This document shows, piece by piece, positions 29,943 through 38,996 of a stretch of 64,000 nt of DNA (position 1 is the stretch's first letter; each line of letters opens with the position of its first letter). Both the position numbers and the translations under genes were made by a program. The notes under the pieces are model-generated. The model saw only the letters and a program-made list of their open reading frames with translations, had not been told where the DNA came from and did not search any database. Origin of the DNA: Candidatus Omnitrophota bacterium (GTDB lineage: Bacteria; Omnitrophota; Omnitrophia; Omnitrophales; JACROU01). The DNA is taken from the NCBI GenBank assembly GCA_016214265.1, contig JACROU010000034.1, forward strand, positions 5,878 through 69,877. The letters run 5' to 3'.

Positions 29943-29996
29943 AAAAAGACTCCTTACCTGAAATAAGTGTGATTGTGAACTTAATGTCGCAAAAGA

Positions 29997-30284
29997 CTAG
30001 GCAAGTACCGGAGGAGCCCGGTTCTTAAGATGAGAAATAAAGTCGAATAAACCTAATTTCTCGGAGGCAGGTACAGCAAACTTTTTGGAAGAAAAAAGAA
30101 GGCCGGCAATTATGGAAGCAAAAATCAACGAACCTGTAATTTGTTTGACAAAATGACAAACAGCACAATCGGAATGGTCGACACCATCATCGTGATGATG
30201 AAACAACACCGCACCGAATCCTGCCAGAAGAATTAGAGCAAGGAAAATAACGAGGAATTTGTGAGCACGGAAAAACATCATCAT
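29997..30284 (-). CDS. DUF2946-like leader protein with His cluster, CxxC and C-terminal RAPP motif (CruR/CutF-like uORF)
   Basis: N-terminal hydrophobic helix, HHHDDGVDHSDCAVCH, C-terminus NRAPPVLA; sits directly upstream of the metal-uptake genes. Confidence 0.8.
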   Translation of the reverse strand: MMMFFRAHKFLVIFLALILLAGFGAVLFHHHDDGVDHSDCAVCHFVKQITGSLIFASIIAGLLFSSKKFAVPASEKLGLFDFISHLKNRAPPVLA

Positions 30285-30409
30285 AAAATGACTCCAAATT
30301 AAGACGGCAGTATATCACTACTGTCAAAACAAACCGGCCTACGCAATCACCTAGTCTGAACCGTCCAACAACCGGTCGCCCTAAACGTCCGGATGAGAAA
30401 CAGAAAAAC

Positions 30410-30835
30410 TCAGTCTTCGAACTTTCCTGTCTCTGCAGCCCTTTTGAACTTTTTGTGAATCAAATCCCGGACTTTCCGGAACGCGTCAACCACCCGTTCC
30501 GTAACTTCTTCTCCATGCGGAGGATCGGGAAATGACCAGTGGAGACGAACACAGTTTCCCGGAAAAACCGGGCAGGATTCTTTAGCGTTATCGCAGACAG
30601 TGATTACATAGTCAAAATTCTGACCAGCAAATTCACTGACGTTTTTCGAGCGCTGATGGGAAATGTCGATGCCGATTTCCCGCATCACCTGAATCGCGGT
30701 TTTATTGACGGTTGACGGCCACATTCCCGCGCTCGCAACTTCGTAGGACTCCGCGCCGTAATGCCGGAGAATGCCTTCTGCCATCTGGGAACGGCACGAA
30801 TTCCCGGTGCAGAGAATTAAAATTTTTTTCTTCAT
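30410..30835 (-). CDS. arsC: thioredoxin-coupled arsenate reductase (LMW-PTP fold)
   Basis: [17 protein letters not shown]......CP, HWSFPDP, FR.VRD. Confidence 0.95.
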   Translation of the reverse strand: MKKKILILCTGNSCRSQMAEGILRHYGAESYEVASAGMWPSTVNKTAIQVMREIGIDISHQRSKNVSEFAGQNFDYVITVCDNAKESCPVFPGNCVRLHWSFPDPPHGEEVTERVVDAFRKVRDLIHKKFKRAAETGKFED

Positions 30836-31887
30836 CGCATCACCGCATGCTCCGTTTCAACGAAATATTTCTTCTGGAAAAAAAGCGCCGCGTTCACAAG
30901 AAGAATCAGCACCGGCACCTCAACCAAAGGCCCAATCACCGCGGCGAAGGCGGCTCCTGAATTGATCCCAAACACCGCGGCCGCCACCGCGATGGCCAAC
31001 TCAAAATTGTTGCTGGCCGCGGTAAACGAAAGCGTCGCTGTCTTCGCGTAACCCGCACCAAACCTTTTGCCCATATAAAATGAGACCCAAAACATCAGCA
31101 AGAAATAAATCAAAAGTGGAATCGCAATTCTCACCACATCCATCGGAATCCGGACGATGAAGCCCCCTTTCAAGGAGAACATCACCACAATCGTGAACAA
31201 AAGCGCAATCAAAGTCAGAGGACTGATCTTGGGGATAAACCTTGTCTCGTACCACTCCCGGCCCTTAATCTTCAGGCAGAAAAACCGGGTGACGATTCCC
31301 GCGATGAATGGAATGCCGAGATAAATAAAAACGCTTTTCGCGATTTGAGCAATGGTAATCGTGACGGCAGCACCCTGAAGTCCAAACCAGGTCGGAATCA
31401 CCGTAATAAAAACCCAGGCGTAAAGGGCATAAAACAGAACCTGAAAAATTGAATTAAACGCGACCAAACCCGCACAATATTCGGTATCGCCTTGCGCGAG
31501 GTCATTCCAAACGATAACCATCGCAATGCATCGGGCAAGGCCAATCATGATGAGGCCCGTCATGTACGCGGGATAATCTCTCAAAAAAAGAATGGCCAGC
31601 GCAAACATAAGGACCGGACCGATAATCCAGTTTTGTACTAAAGAGAGCGTAAGAATTTTGACATTACGAAAAACATCGCCCATTTCCTCGTACCGGACTT
31701 TGGCCAGAGGCGGATACATCATCACAATCAATCCGATCGCGATGGGAATGTTGGTGGTTCCCACTTGGAACCGGTTCCAGAAATTGACAATTTGCGGACA
31801 GAGGTATCCCAGAGTGACGCCGGCGAACATGCCTAGAAAAATCCAGAGCGTTAAATATCTGTCTAAAAAGGAAAGCTTTTTCATCAC
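30832..31887 (-). CDS. acr3: Acr3 arsenite efflux transporter
   Basis: [46 protein letters not shown]. Confidence 0.97.
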   Translation of the reverse strand: MMKKLSFLDRYLTLWIFLGMFAGVTLGYLCPQIVNFWNRFQVGTTNIPIAIGLIVMMYPPLAKVRYEEMGDVFRNVKILTLSLVQNWIIGPVLMFALAILFLRDYPAYMTGLIMIGLARCIAMVIVWNDLAQGDTEYCAGLVAFNSIFQVLFYALYAWVFITVIPTWFGLQGAAVTITIAQIAKSVFIYLGIPFIAGIVTRFFCLKIKGREWYETRFIPKISPLTLIALLFTIVVMFSLKGGFIVRIPMDVVRIAIPLLIYFLLMFWVSFYMGKRFGAGYAKTATLSFTAASNNFELAIAVAAAVFGINSGAAFAAVIGPLVEVPVLILLVNAALFFQKKYFVETEHAVMR

Positions 31888-32189
31888 TCCCCTCTCTCAT
31901 TCAAAAATTTACAACAGCCGCCTTCAACCTTGATCGCTTTGAGATTTACCAACGCATCACCGATCTTTTTGTGAGCAGATGCCAGAATCCTGGAAATGGT
32001 CGAGCGATGAACTTTCATTTTCTCCGCTACTTTATCCTGACGAAGTCCTTCCAAATCCGCAAGTCTTACCGCTTCAATTTCATCCAAGGACAGAACAATC
32101 CCGTCCATATCACGTAAAGATTTTCCTGCAGGTCGAAAACAACGTTCTTGAGGCAGGCATCGAACCCACCGTGTTTTTTTAGGTCTCAT
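31884..32189 (-). CDS. DUF134 (UPF0251) HTH DNA-binding protein
   Basis: MRPKK.R, F.P.G, L.LDE.EA.RL.DLEGL.Q...AEKM.V.RST..RIL.SA.KK..DALV..KAI..EGG; C-terminal CC. Confidence 0.9.
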   Translation of the reverse strand: MRPKKTRWVRCLPQERCFRPAGKSLRDMDGIVLSLDEIEAVRLADLEGLRQDKVAEKMKVHRSTISRILASAHKKIGDALVNLKAIKVEGGCCKFLNERGE

Positions 32190-32201
32190 ATGCCCTCGAG
32201 G

Positions 32202-32221
32202 TTATGCACATTTGTGCATAA
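32202..32221. promoter_or_regulatory. palindromic operator upstream of DUF134-acr3-arsC
   Basis: TTATGCACA-tt-TGTGCATAA, a perfect 9-2-9 inverted repeat 12 nt before the start codon. Confidence 0.75.
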
Positions 32222-32291
32222 TAAACCTTCTTAATGTCAGTGTCTATACTTGATTCACTAAGCGTCTTGATTAGACAATACTTGCAATCAC

Positions 32292-32303
32292 GCAGGTAAA
32301 ATT
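32292..32303. repeat. 12-bp direct repeat, copy of the sequence at the tRNA-His 3' end (att-like scar)
   Basis: GCAGGTAAAATT here and at 40484-40495. Confidence 0.5.
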
Positions 32304-32469
32304 AGGCACATGAGGCCCAAGCCCACTGAAAATTATCTCGCAAATTCTGGTCGGAACTTCTTCATGCGTTCCTCCCCCGCAAGAATATTCAAAATAATTT
32401 CATAATCATCAGCCGGAACGTCCTGTCCCACAGAACAGCCGCCCAATTACACTAATCACAGAGAATTTA

Positions 32470-32787
32470 TCAGAATTCATAAACAATCTCGAGCCGCTTC
32501 AGATAGTGTGTTAGCTCGTTCACACATTGAGCAACCCCATTCGTGTCCTGAGACTTGGCTTGTACTTCCATGCGATCTCCAATTTCTGAAATAAAGTCAA
32601 ACCCATATCCGCCACCGGAACCCTTCAGGATGTGGGCCAGTTGTTGAATAACTTCAAAATTTTTCCGGTCAAGCGCATCGCGAATCAATCTAATGTCATT
32701 TAATCTGTGCTCCAAATATCCAGGAACCAGTGGTTTCAGTTCCCCCTCTACTCTAACCAATATTTTTTGCTCCGAATTTGTAATCAT
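32470..32787 (-). CDS. Hpt phosphotransfer protein
   Basis: L.PGYL, LAHILKGSGGGYGF...S.IG..ME. Confidence 0.92.
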   Translation of the reverse strand: MITNSEQKILVRVEGELKPLVPGYLEHRLNDIRLIRDALDRKNFEVIQQLAHILKGSGGGYGFDFISEIGDRMEVQAKSQDTNGVAQCVNELTHYLKRLEIVYEF

Positions 32788-34789
32788 GTTCACTAATTTC
32801 CTTCTTTCCGTCCTCCCTGGACTGCATTTGTTCTTGGATTACATCAAGCAGCCGCTGTTTCTTGATTGGTTTAGTGATATAAGCCGTAAATCCCGCATCG
32901 ATACTTTTCTGAACTTCTTCCTTTAAGGCTCGCGCTGTCAAAGCGACGATCGGAACTGAATCTCGCCCCTGTTCTTTTTCCCAATTTCGAACCGCGTGGG
33001 TTGCGGCATAACCATCCATCACAGGCATTTGAATATCCATCAAAACGATGTCGTAGTGATCGGATTGAATTTTCTCAACGGCTTCTCGGCCATCACAGGC
33101 AAAATCCAGTCTCCAAGAAGTACCTTTTAAATAGGCCTGAATTAATATCTGATTATCCTGAACGTCTTCGGCCAATAGAATGTGAAGGGGCTGGACAAAA
33201 TTATTTTGCGGGACGGTTTCCTTAAATTCGGGGCCTTGAACCTTATCCTCACGCTTAGCTAACGTTGATGTGATCATATTAAATAAGTCCATTTTCCTTA
33301 TGGGCTTCAACAAATAGCCGCTTACTCCAAGCTTCTGAGCCCGGGCTATATCTCCATAACGTGCATCAGAGGTCAGCATCAAGATAGTTATCCGCTCGCA
33401 ATGGGACTCTTTCTTAATTTCTTCAATTAATTGAAATCCATCCATGTTGGGCATTCGACAATCAAGTAACAATAATTGATAGGGGTGATTCGCGGCGATG
33501 CTCCGCTTTAGTTCACTAATAGCGGCTTCACCACTCGCCGCCTGAGTTACTTGCGCTTCCCAAGATTCCAGAATGCGGTTAAGTATCAGCCGATTAGTTG
33601 CATTATCATCCACCAAAAGAACGCTTAGCCCCTTCAAACTGCTGATCGAACTTGTCTCTTGTATTGATCCTCCCTTTTGAATTTCGAACGGGAGCGTTAC
33701 ACAAAATGTGGTTCCCTGCCCCAATTGGCTTGTGACTTCAATTCCACCGCCCATCCGCTCCGCAAGTTTCTTTGATATCGTAAGCCCGAGACCGGTTCCA
33801 CCGTACTTTCGAGTCGTGGAAGCATCTGCTTGTGTAAAAGGATCAAAAATTTGCTTCAACTTCTCATTTGGAATTCCGATACCGGTATCTTTTACGGAAA
33901 ATAGAAGACGGCATTGATCCTCTGTCTTTTCGGCGGATGTTACTTCAAGCACTACCTCTCCTTTTTCGGTAAACTTTAAAGCATTGCCGATCAGATTGAC
34001 CAAAACCTGCTTCAATCGATTTGAATCTCCCATGAGTTTAGTTGGTACTTCAGGCAGTATCTGAAAAGCCAGCTCCAGCCCCTTCGCATGGGCACGATAA
34101 GCCACCAATTCCATGACCTGCTCGCACAACTCTTCAAGATTAAACCAGGCCTTCTCAAGCTCCAGATTTCCAGACTCTACTTTGGAAAGATCAAGAATAT
34201 TGTTAATTAAATTCAAAAGCGTTTCCCCGCCGTTTTTCAAAATCCGAACATACTCTCGCTGTTCAACGCTAAGGGGCGATTCTTCCAGAAGGTCCGTCAT
34301 TCCAATTACGGCATTCATCGGTGTGCGAATCTCATGGCTCATTGTAGCCAGAAACTCTGATTTTGCCCGAGACAGTTCCAAAGCAATATCTCGATCCTGA
34401 CGGAGCTGGCTTTTCTCAAAAGCCTTTTCAACTATCACAAGAATTTCACTTAATTCATAGGGTTTTTGAAGCAAATCATACGCCCCCTTTTTCATTGCCA
34501 TAACGACATTTTCAACGCGGGCATAGCCTGTTACTACGATAAATTCCAGATAAGGATAGATTTTCTTCGCAGCTTCCAGCAATTCCAAACCATCCATCTT
34601 GGGCATTTTGATATCAGTAATGACTACTTGGAAATTTCCATTTTTTATCTTTTCGAGAGCGTCTTCACCATCACAAGCGAAGGAGGCCTGGTACCCCTCT
34701 TCCTGTAATTCATAGACAAGAAAATCTCTCATTCCCGGCTCATCATCAACAACAAGAATCCTTTTATGGTTTTGGTCTTTTAATGTCAT
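32753..34789 (-). CDS. cytoplasmic hybrid histidine kinase (REC-HisKA-HATPase-REC-REC)
   Basis: N-terminal REC; AKSEFLATMSHEIRTPMN; FTQADASTTRKYGGTGLGL; two C-terminal REC domains (DCRMP, DIQMP). Confidence 0.93.
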   Translation of the reverse strand: MTLKDQNHKRILVVDDEPGMRDFLVYELQEEGYQASFACDGEDALEKIKNGNFQVVITDIKMPKMDGLELLEAAKKIYPYLEFIVVTGYARVENVVMAMKKGAYDLLQKPYELSEILVIVEKAFEKSQLRQDRDIALELSRAKSEFLATMSHEIRTPMNAVIGMTDLLEESPLSVEQREYVRILKNGGETLLNLINNILDLSKVESGNLELEKAWFNLEELCEQVMELVAYRAHAKGLELAFQILPEVPTKLMGDSNRLKQVLVNLIGNALKFTEKGEVVLEVTSAEKTEDQCRLLFSVKDTGIGIPNEKLKQIFDPFTQADASTTRKYGGTGLGLTISKKLAERMGGGIEVTSQLGQGTTFCVTLPFEIQKGGSIQETSSISSLKGLSVLLVDDNATNRLILNRILESWEAQVTQAASGEAAISELKRSIAANHPYQLLLLDCRMPNMDGFQLIEEIKKESHCERITILMLTSDARYGDIARAQKLGVSGYLLKPIRKMDLFNMITSTLAKREDKVQGPEFKETVPQNNFVQPLHILLAEDVQDNQILIQAYLKGTSWRLDFACDGREAVEKIQSDHYDIVLMDIQMPVMDGYAATHAVRNWEKEQGRDSVPIVALTARALKEEVQKSIDAGFTAYITKPIKKQRLLDVIQEQMQSREDGKKEISEHDYKFGAKNIG

Positions 34790-35387
34790 CTGACTTCACC
34801 TTCTTCTTTGTTGAGATCCCCAAATGAAATGCCACTCTTTCTTTAAGCTCTTCAAGATCAAAAGGCTTTCCAACATAATCATTTGCACCCAAATCTAAAA
34901 CTCTCTTTTTAACCTCCGGCGCCAACAGAGCACTCATAGCAATAATTTTCGTCCCGCTAAATTCTGAATGTGCTCTCACGAATTCCAAAACGTGAAAACC
35001 GTCAAGTCCAGGCATCATCAGATCAAGGATAACGAGATGAGGACGAAATTCATGAATTTGCCAGCCTGCATGGAAACCATCCCTCGTTTCTTCAATCAAT
35101 ATATCTGAAAATTCTTCCTCCAAATTCCATCGAATCATGTGGGAAAATTCTTCCTCATCATCGACAATCAGCATCCTCGGTTTTTCTTGATCCGCAAACT
35201 CTGCAGGAACAGATATTCGTAATGTTTTAAGAAATACGATGAGGTCTTTCACTTCGACCCGATGATGGCCTCCTGCGGTCAATGACGCTTGCAATTTCCC
35301 TTCCTTAATCCAACGGAATACGCTGCCTGGAGATACGTGGCAGAATTTCGCAACTTCAAAGGTTCCAAGATATCTCTCCATTTCCAT
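34764..35387 (-). CDS. response regulator with N-terminal excisionase/MerR-like HTH (HTH_17)
   Basis: YL.T.EVAK.C.VS..SV.RWI..GKL.A..T.GGHHR; REC with DLMMPGLDG and KPF. Confidence 0.88.
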   Translation of the reverse strand: MEMERYLGTFEVAKFCHVSPGSVFRWIKEGKLQASLTAGGHHRVEVKDLIVFLKTLRISVPAEFADQEKPRMLIVDDEEEFSHMIRWNLEEEFSDILIEETRDGFHAGWQIHEFRPHLVILDLMMPGLDGFHVLEFVRAHSEFSGTKIIAMSALLAPEVKKRVLDLGANDYVGKPFDLEELKERVAFHLGISTKKKVKSDDIKRPKP

Positions 35388-35415
35388 TCTCCATCCTGTT
35401 TATCATCTATAGCAT

Positions 35416-35470
35416 GTTTAACACGTTTGAATGGTTTGAATATTAAGGAGAGATTAAGAAGTGTTAATCT
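35416..35470. promoter_or_regulatory. three 9-bp direct repeats plus an inverted repeat upstream of the HTH_17-REC gene
   Basis: GTTTAACAC-GTTTGAATG-GTTTGAATA (35416-35442); AGATTAA-n6-TTAATCT (35451-35470). Confidence 0.5.
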
Positions 35471-35484
35471 TCGGGAAATATTTG

Positions 35485-35874
35485 TTAGCTTCGTGCGGCT
35501 GATGGGGGAATTGCGTCTAAAGCCTGGCTAACCGTTTTAATAAGCTCGTCCATGTAAAAAGGCTTTTTGAGACAGCTCAGACTGTGACGATAAGCTTCCT
35601 CAAGCCTGCCTTCAACAGCGTAGCCTGTAATAAAGATCACTTTTTGGTCAGGATTTTCTTTATGAAAAGTTTCTATCATTTGCACACCGTCCATATGCGG
35701 CATGCGAATATCCGTTATTACAAGATCAAAGCTCTGTTCATGCAATATTTTGAGTCCCTGGCCGGCATCTGAAGCAGTAACTACTTCATAGCCCTGGCCA
35801 CTCAACTCAAAAGCCAGCAAATCGCACCAGCCCGGCTCATCATCAACAACAAGAATTTTTATTTTTTTCAACAT
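35485..35874 (-). CDS. single-domain response regulator
   Basis: VVDDE, TDIRMP, ITGY, KKPF. Confidence 0.9.
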   Translation of the reverse strand: MLKKIKILVVDDEPGWCDLLAFELSGQGYEVVTASDAGQGLKILHEQSFDLVITDIRMPHMDGVQMIETFHKENPDQKVIFITGYAVEGRLEEAYRHSLSCLKKPFYMDELIKTVSQALDAIPPSAARS

Positions 35875-35879
35875 AGTTT

Positions 35880-36269
35880 TTATAGTGAAGTTGGAAGTGG
35901 CCCCAGTACTTTTTCAAGCGCCAGTTGGATATCAACGAGATCAACCGGCTTATAAAGACACGAAACGGCCCCTTCTTTTAAAACGCGGCTCTCGAAAATT
36001 TTTTCTGGATCAGGGAGACTGGAAAACATGATAACTTTCTGAGAAGGACGAATTTGTTTGATCTTTGCTAAAGCTTCATGACCTGACATAACAGGCATAT
36101 GCGTGTCCATTAAAACCACATCATATTCCTTTATCTCAATCTTTTTGACCGCTTCCAGGCCGTTCTCGACGGATTCCAGTTCAAACCCCAATGGCTCAAG
36201 AAGAAAAGCATACATATGCAACAAGCCCTCTTCGTCATCAACAACCAGTATCGTTTTGTGAAATTTCAT
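35880..36269 (-). CDS. single-domain response regulator
   Basis: VVDDE, MDTHMP, YKPV. Confidence 0.9.
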   Translation of the reverse strand: MKFHKTILVVDDEEGLLHMYAFLLEPLGFELESVENGLEAVKKIEIKEYDVVLMDTHMPVMSGHEALAKIKQIRPSQKVIMFSSLPDPEKIFESRVLKEGAVSCLYKPVDLVDIQLALEKVLGPLPTSL

Positions 36270-38518
36270 ATTGCCACAATTGGCAAAAGCACCTGAAAAA
36301 CAGTACCTTTTCCAACCTCGCTCTGAACATCAATTCTGCCGCCATGCCGCTCGATAATTTCGTGCACGAGTGAAAGCCCAAGCCCCGTTCCTTTTCCAAC
36401 TTCTTTTGTCGTAAAAAATGGGTTGAAGATTTCAGGCAAAACAGCTGGGGGAATTCCCGCTCCGTTATCCTCAACATCTATTGCAATCCAATTATTTCCC
36501 TGAAATAAAACTTTTCTGGTCGAAACGATAACTTTACCACCCTGCGGCATCGCATCAATCGCATTGTTACACAAATTAATCATAACCTGCTGAATTTGAT
36601 TTTGATTCGCCACGATCTTTGGAATCGTCTCGTCCAATCTTTTTTCGATTAGCACATTCGTCACTCTTCCCTGAGGAAAAATCAACGTAAGCGCCCCGTC
36701 AATTGCTTGATTTAGATTAATTTCATCTTTTCCGGTTTTTTCTACTCTTGAAAATGTGAGGAGGCTCTGCACAAGCGTCTTGCACCTGAGCGCTTCCCGT
36801 TCAATTGACTTCAAGGGCATTTCCAGGGGGTCTTTTGGCTGCATCCGCTTGACCAATCCTTGAGAAAATCCCAAAATGATTCCCAGAGGATTATTAATTT
36901 CATGGGCAACACCGGCAGCAAGCTGTCCAACAGCAGACATTTTTTCTGATTGCAACAACATATTTTCCAGCTTCTGTTTTTCAGTAACGTCTCGCAAAAC
37001 AGCAGTAAAAATCAATTTACCTTCCACGATAGTCTTGGAAATAGTTATTTCACAAGGAAATTCTTCTCCACTTTTCCTAAGACCAAATAGCGCCCCGTGA
37101 TGCTCACCTATCATTCGAAAAGAAACTTCGCCCTCACCAAATTGCTTTACATGCAGACGGTGTTTCTCTCGAAACCGCTCCGGCATAAGCATCTCAAGCG
37201 GCTGTCCAAGCACTTCTTCATTTTTATATCGAAAAATTCTTTCTGCTTGGTTATTAAAAAGTATAATTTTCTGATTCTCATCAACGGAAATAATCGCATC
37301 ACTGGCCGAGTCTAAAATATTCTGTAAGCGTGACCGTGATGAGGAGAGTTGCCCTACATAATCCTGAACTTTCTCTGTCATATTATTAAAGGCATGCCCC
37401 AGATCTTCGACTTCATCCTTCGACTCAACATTCACCCTTTTTGAAAAATTCCCATGGCCGATTTCTTGAGCAGTCTCAGTTAGTTCACGCAATGGGCGGG
37501 TGATTCTCCTTGCAAATACCATTCCAATGAAAGCAACAAAGATCGACACAAGTATGGAGAAACCCGCCAATTGATAGGCCAAGTTTTTGACTGATGCAAA
37601 CGCTTCACGCGATCTCACAAAAACAAAAACGCTCCAACCAGTTCCCTTAAACTCCCGGAACCCCTGAGAGCCGCAATAGCCAATAAGCCATTTCTCACCC
37701 TTGAGATCCCTTTCAATCGCAAAACCCGATTTTCCTTGCAAAGCTAAATCAATCGATTTCATCCCCAGGGAATGAAGATTGTATTTAAACAGATATTCGG
37801 GATCACTCATAGTTCCCGTTCCAGCAATTAGTTTTCCTTCGCGATCTGTTAATACCGCGTAGGAGGACGCCCCCTCTCCGGAAATCCGCACATCGTTCGC
37901 AATATCAAAAATCTCACTCCAGTTTAAATGAAATGACAACAAACCAATAATTTTATCGGGGTCTGCATGATTGAAAATGGGGAATACAATTTCCAATGTA
38001 TCCGCTTCAAGGGGTTTGAAATATTTGAAACTATAATTAATTGTGTTCTTTTGCTTTAATGCGTTCTGAAACGAAACCTTATCCTCCGCTTCCCAGCCGA
38101 TAAATTCCGGCAAACTTGAAGCAATCACTTTTCCATGGACATCATAACAAAGGATCGCACCAAAAATTCCGTGTGTTGTTGCAATATTTTCAAGGGCTTT
38201 AGAAATAGCACCGTGCGGATCATTTTCAAGGACGGCCTGCATAAGATCCGATCTGCTCCATGTTTCGGCTAATTTATTGACGATAAAAATCAGCCGGTCG
38301 ATTTCATCCATCGTGTGATACGACAAATCAGCCAATTTTTTCCCAATCGAGATTTTCAAAACGGATCCCGATTTATAAAAAGAAAGTACAGTACCGCACA
38401 ATGAAGTGGATAGTATGCTAATGACTAGAATCAGAATGAATTTTTGAGCCAGACGCAGTCGAATCGAGCTAAGAATAGAGCTTACCCTGCGTCCGAAAGG
38501 ATAATTATTCAAGCTCAT
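36266..38518 (-). CDS. membrane sensor histidine kinase (Cache-like, HAMP, PAS, NtrB-type kinase core)
   Basis: 2 TM around a periplasmic domain; HAMP; PAS (NNQAE, LMPER); QSEKMSAVGQLAAGVAHEINNPL; PFFTTKEVGKGTGLGL. Start uncertain (38518 or 38545). Confidence 0.92.
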   Translation of the reverse strand: MSLNNYPFGRRVSSILSSIRLRLAQKFILILVISILSTSLCGTVLSFYKSGSVLKISIGKKLADLSYHTMDEIDRLIFIVNKLAETWSRSDLMQAVLENDPHGAISKALENIATTHGIFGAILCYDVHGKVIASSLPEFIGWEAEDKVSFQNALKQKNTINYSFKYFKPLEADTLEIVFPIFNHADPDKIIGLLSFHLNWSEIFDIANDVRISGEGASSYAVLTDREGKLIAGTGTMSDPEYLFKYNLHSLGMKSIDLALQGKSGFAIERDLKGEKWLIGYCGSQGFREFKGTGWSVFVFVRSREAFASVKNLAYQLAGFSILVSIFVAFIGMVFARRITRPLRELTETAQEIGHGNFSKRVNVESKDEVEDLGHAFNNMTEKVQDYVGQLSSSRSRLQNILDSASDAIISVDENQKIILFNNQAERIFRYKNEEVLGQPLEMLMPERFREKHRLHVKQFGEGEVSFRMIGEHHGALFGLRKSGEEFPCEITISKTIVEGKLIFTAVLRDVTEKQKLENMLLQSEKMSAVGQLAAGVAHEINNPLGIILGFSQGLVKRMQPKDPLEMPLKSIEREALRCKTLVQSLLTFSRVEKTGKDEINLNQAIDGALTLIFPQGRVTNVLIEKRLDETIPKIVANQNQIQQVMINLCNNAIDAMPQGGKVIVSTRKVLFQGNNWIAIDVEDNGAGIPPAVLPEIFNPFFTTKEVGKGTGLGLSLVHEIIERHGGRIDVQSEVGKGTVFQVLLPIVAI

Positions 38519-38981
38519 ATCCTTCTTCGCCGGGCAATTTGCCATTAATTTTGAGTAATTTGATCGGCTTTGATTTATCCCAAGCTCCGGCTTCTATATA
38601 GCCGATCGCGTTGGGAAAACGCGCTACGTATGAGATCACAGAGTCGTTAGATTGCAGCTCAATAGTTCTAAAGAGAACCGGTGTTCCTGGAATCAAAAAT
38701 GTTTCCGCTGGGCCGGCATCTAATACAATTCGATAAAACCTATGCCGCAAGCCGGCTCCTGCGGTTAAGTTAATGGCTAAAATTTTCTGGCCGGTGGACC
38801 ATCTATCCTTTTGACCTCGATAGATCCGGGCCAATTCATTTCTTCCAATTTCATTTGAATTATTATTTTTATGCACAATGACCGCGATGGGATTTTTCAG
38901 CTCAGCATCACTGGCAAACAAAATTGAAAATGGAAATAGAGCAATGAGGGCAATTGATAAAATAACTTTTTGATATCTCAT
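38505..38981 (-). CDS. small periplasmic binding-protein-like protein (PBP2 half-domain type)
   Basis: Signal peptide; IAVIVH..N, L..IY.G....W..G, V..YVA..PNAIGYI. Confidence 0.75.
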   Translation of the reverse strand: MRYQKVILSIALIALFPFSILFASDAELKNPIAVIVHKNNNSNEIGRNELARIYRGQKDRWSTGQKILAINLTAGAGLRHRFYRIVLDAGPAETFLIPGTPVLFRTIELQSNDSVISYVARFPNAIGYIEAGAWDKSKPIKLLKINGKLPGEEGYELE

Positions 38982-38996
38982 AAAGGGGCGCGAAGT

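Noticed and set aside
32333-32431. 32-aa minus-strand ORF (VGQDVPADDYEIILNILAGEERMKKFRPEFAR) at the island edge
   Set aside because: Too short, no RBS or recognisable family; could be a gene remnant but cannot be supported.
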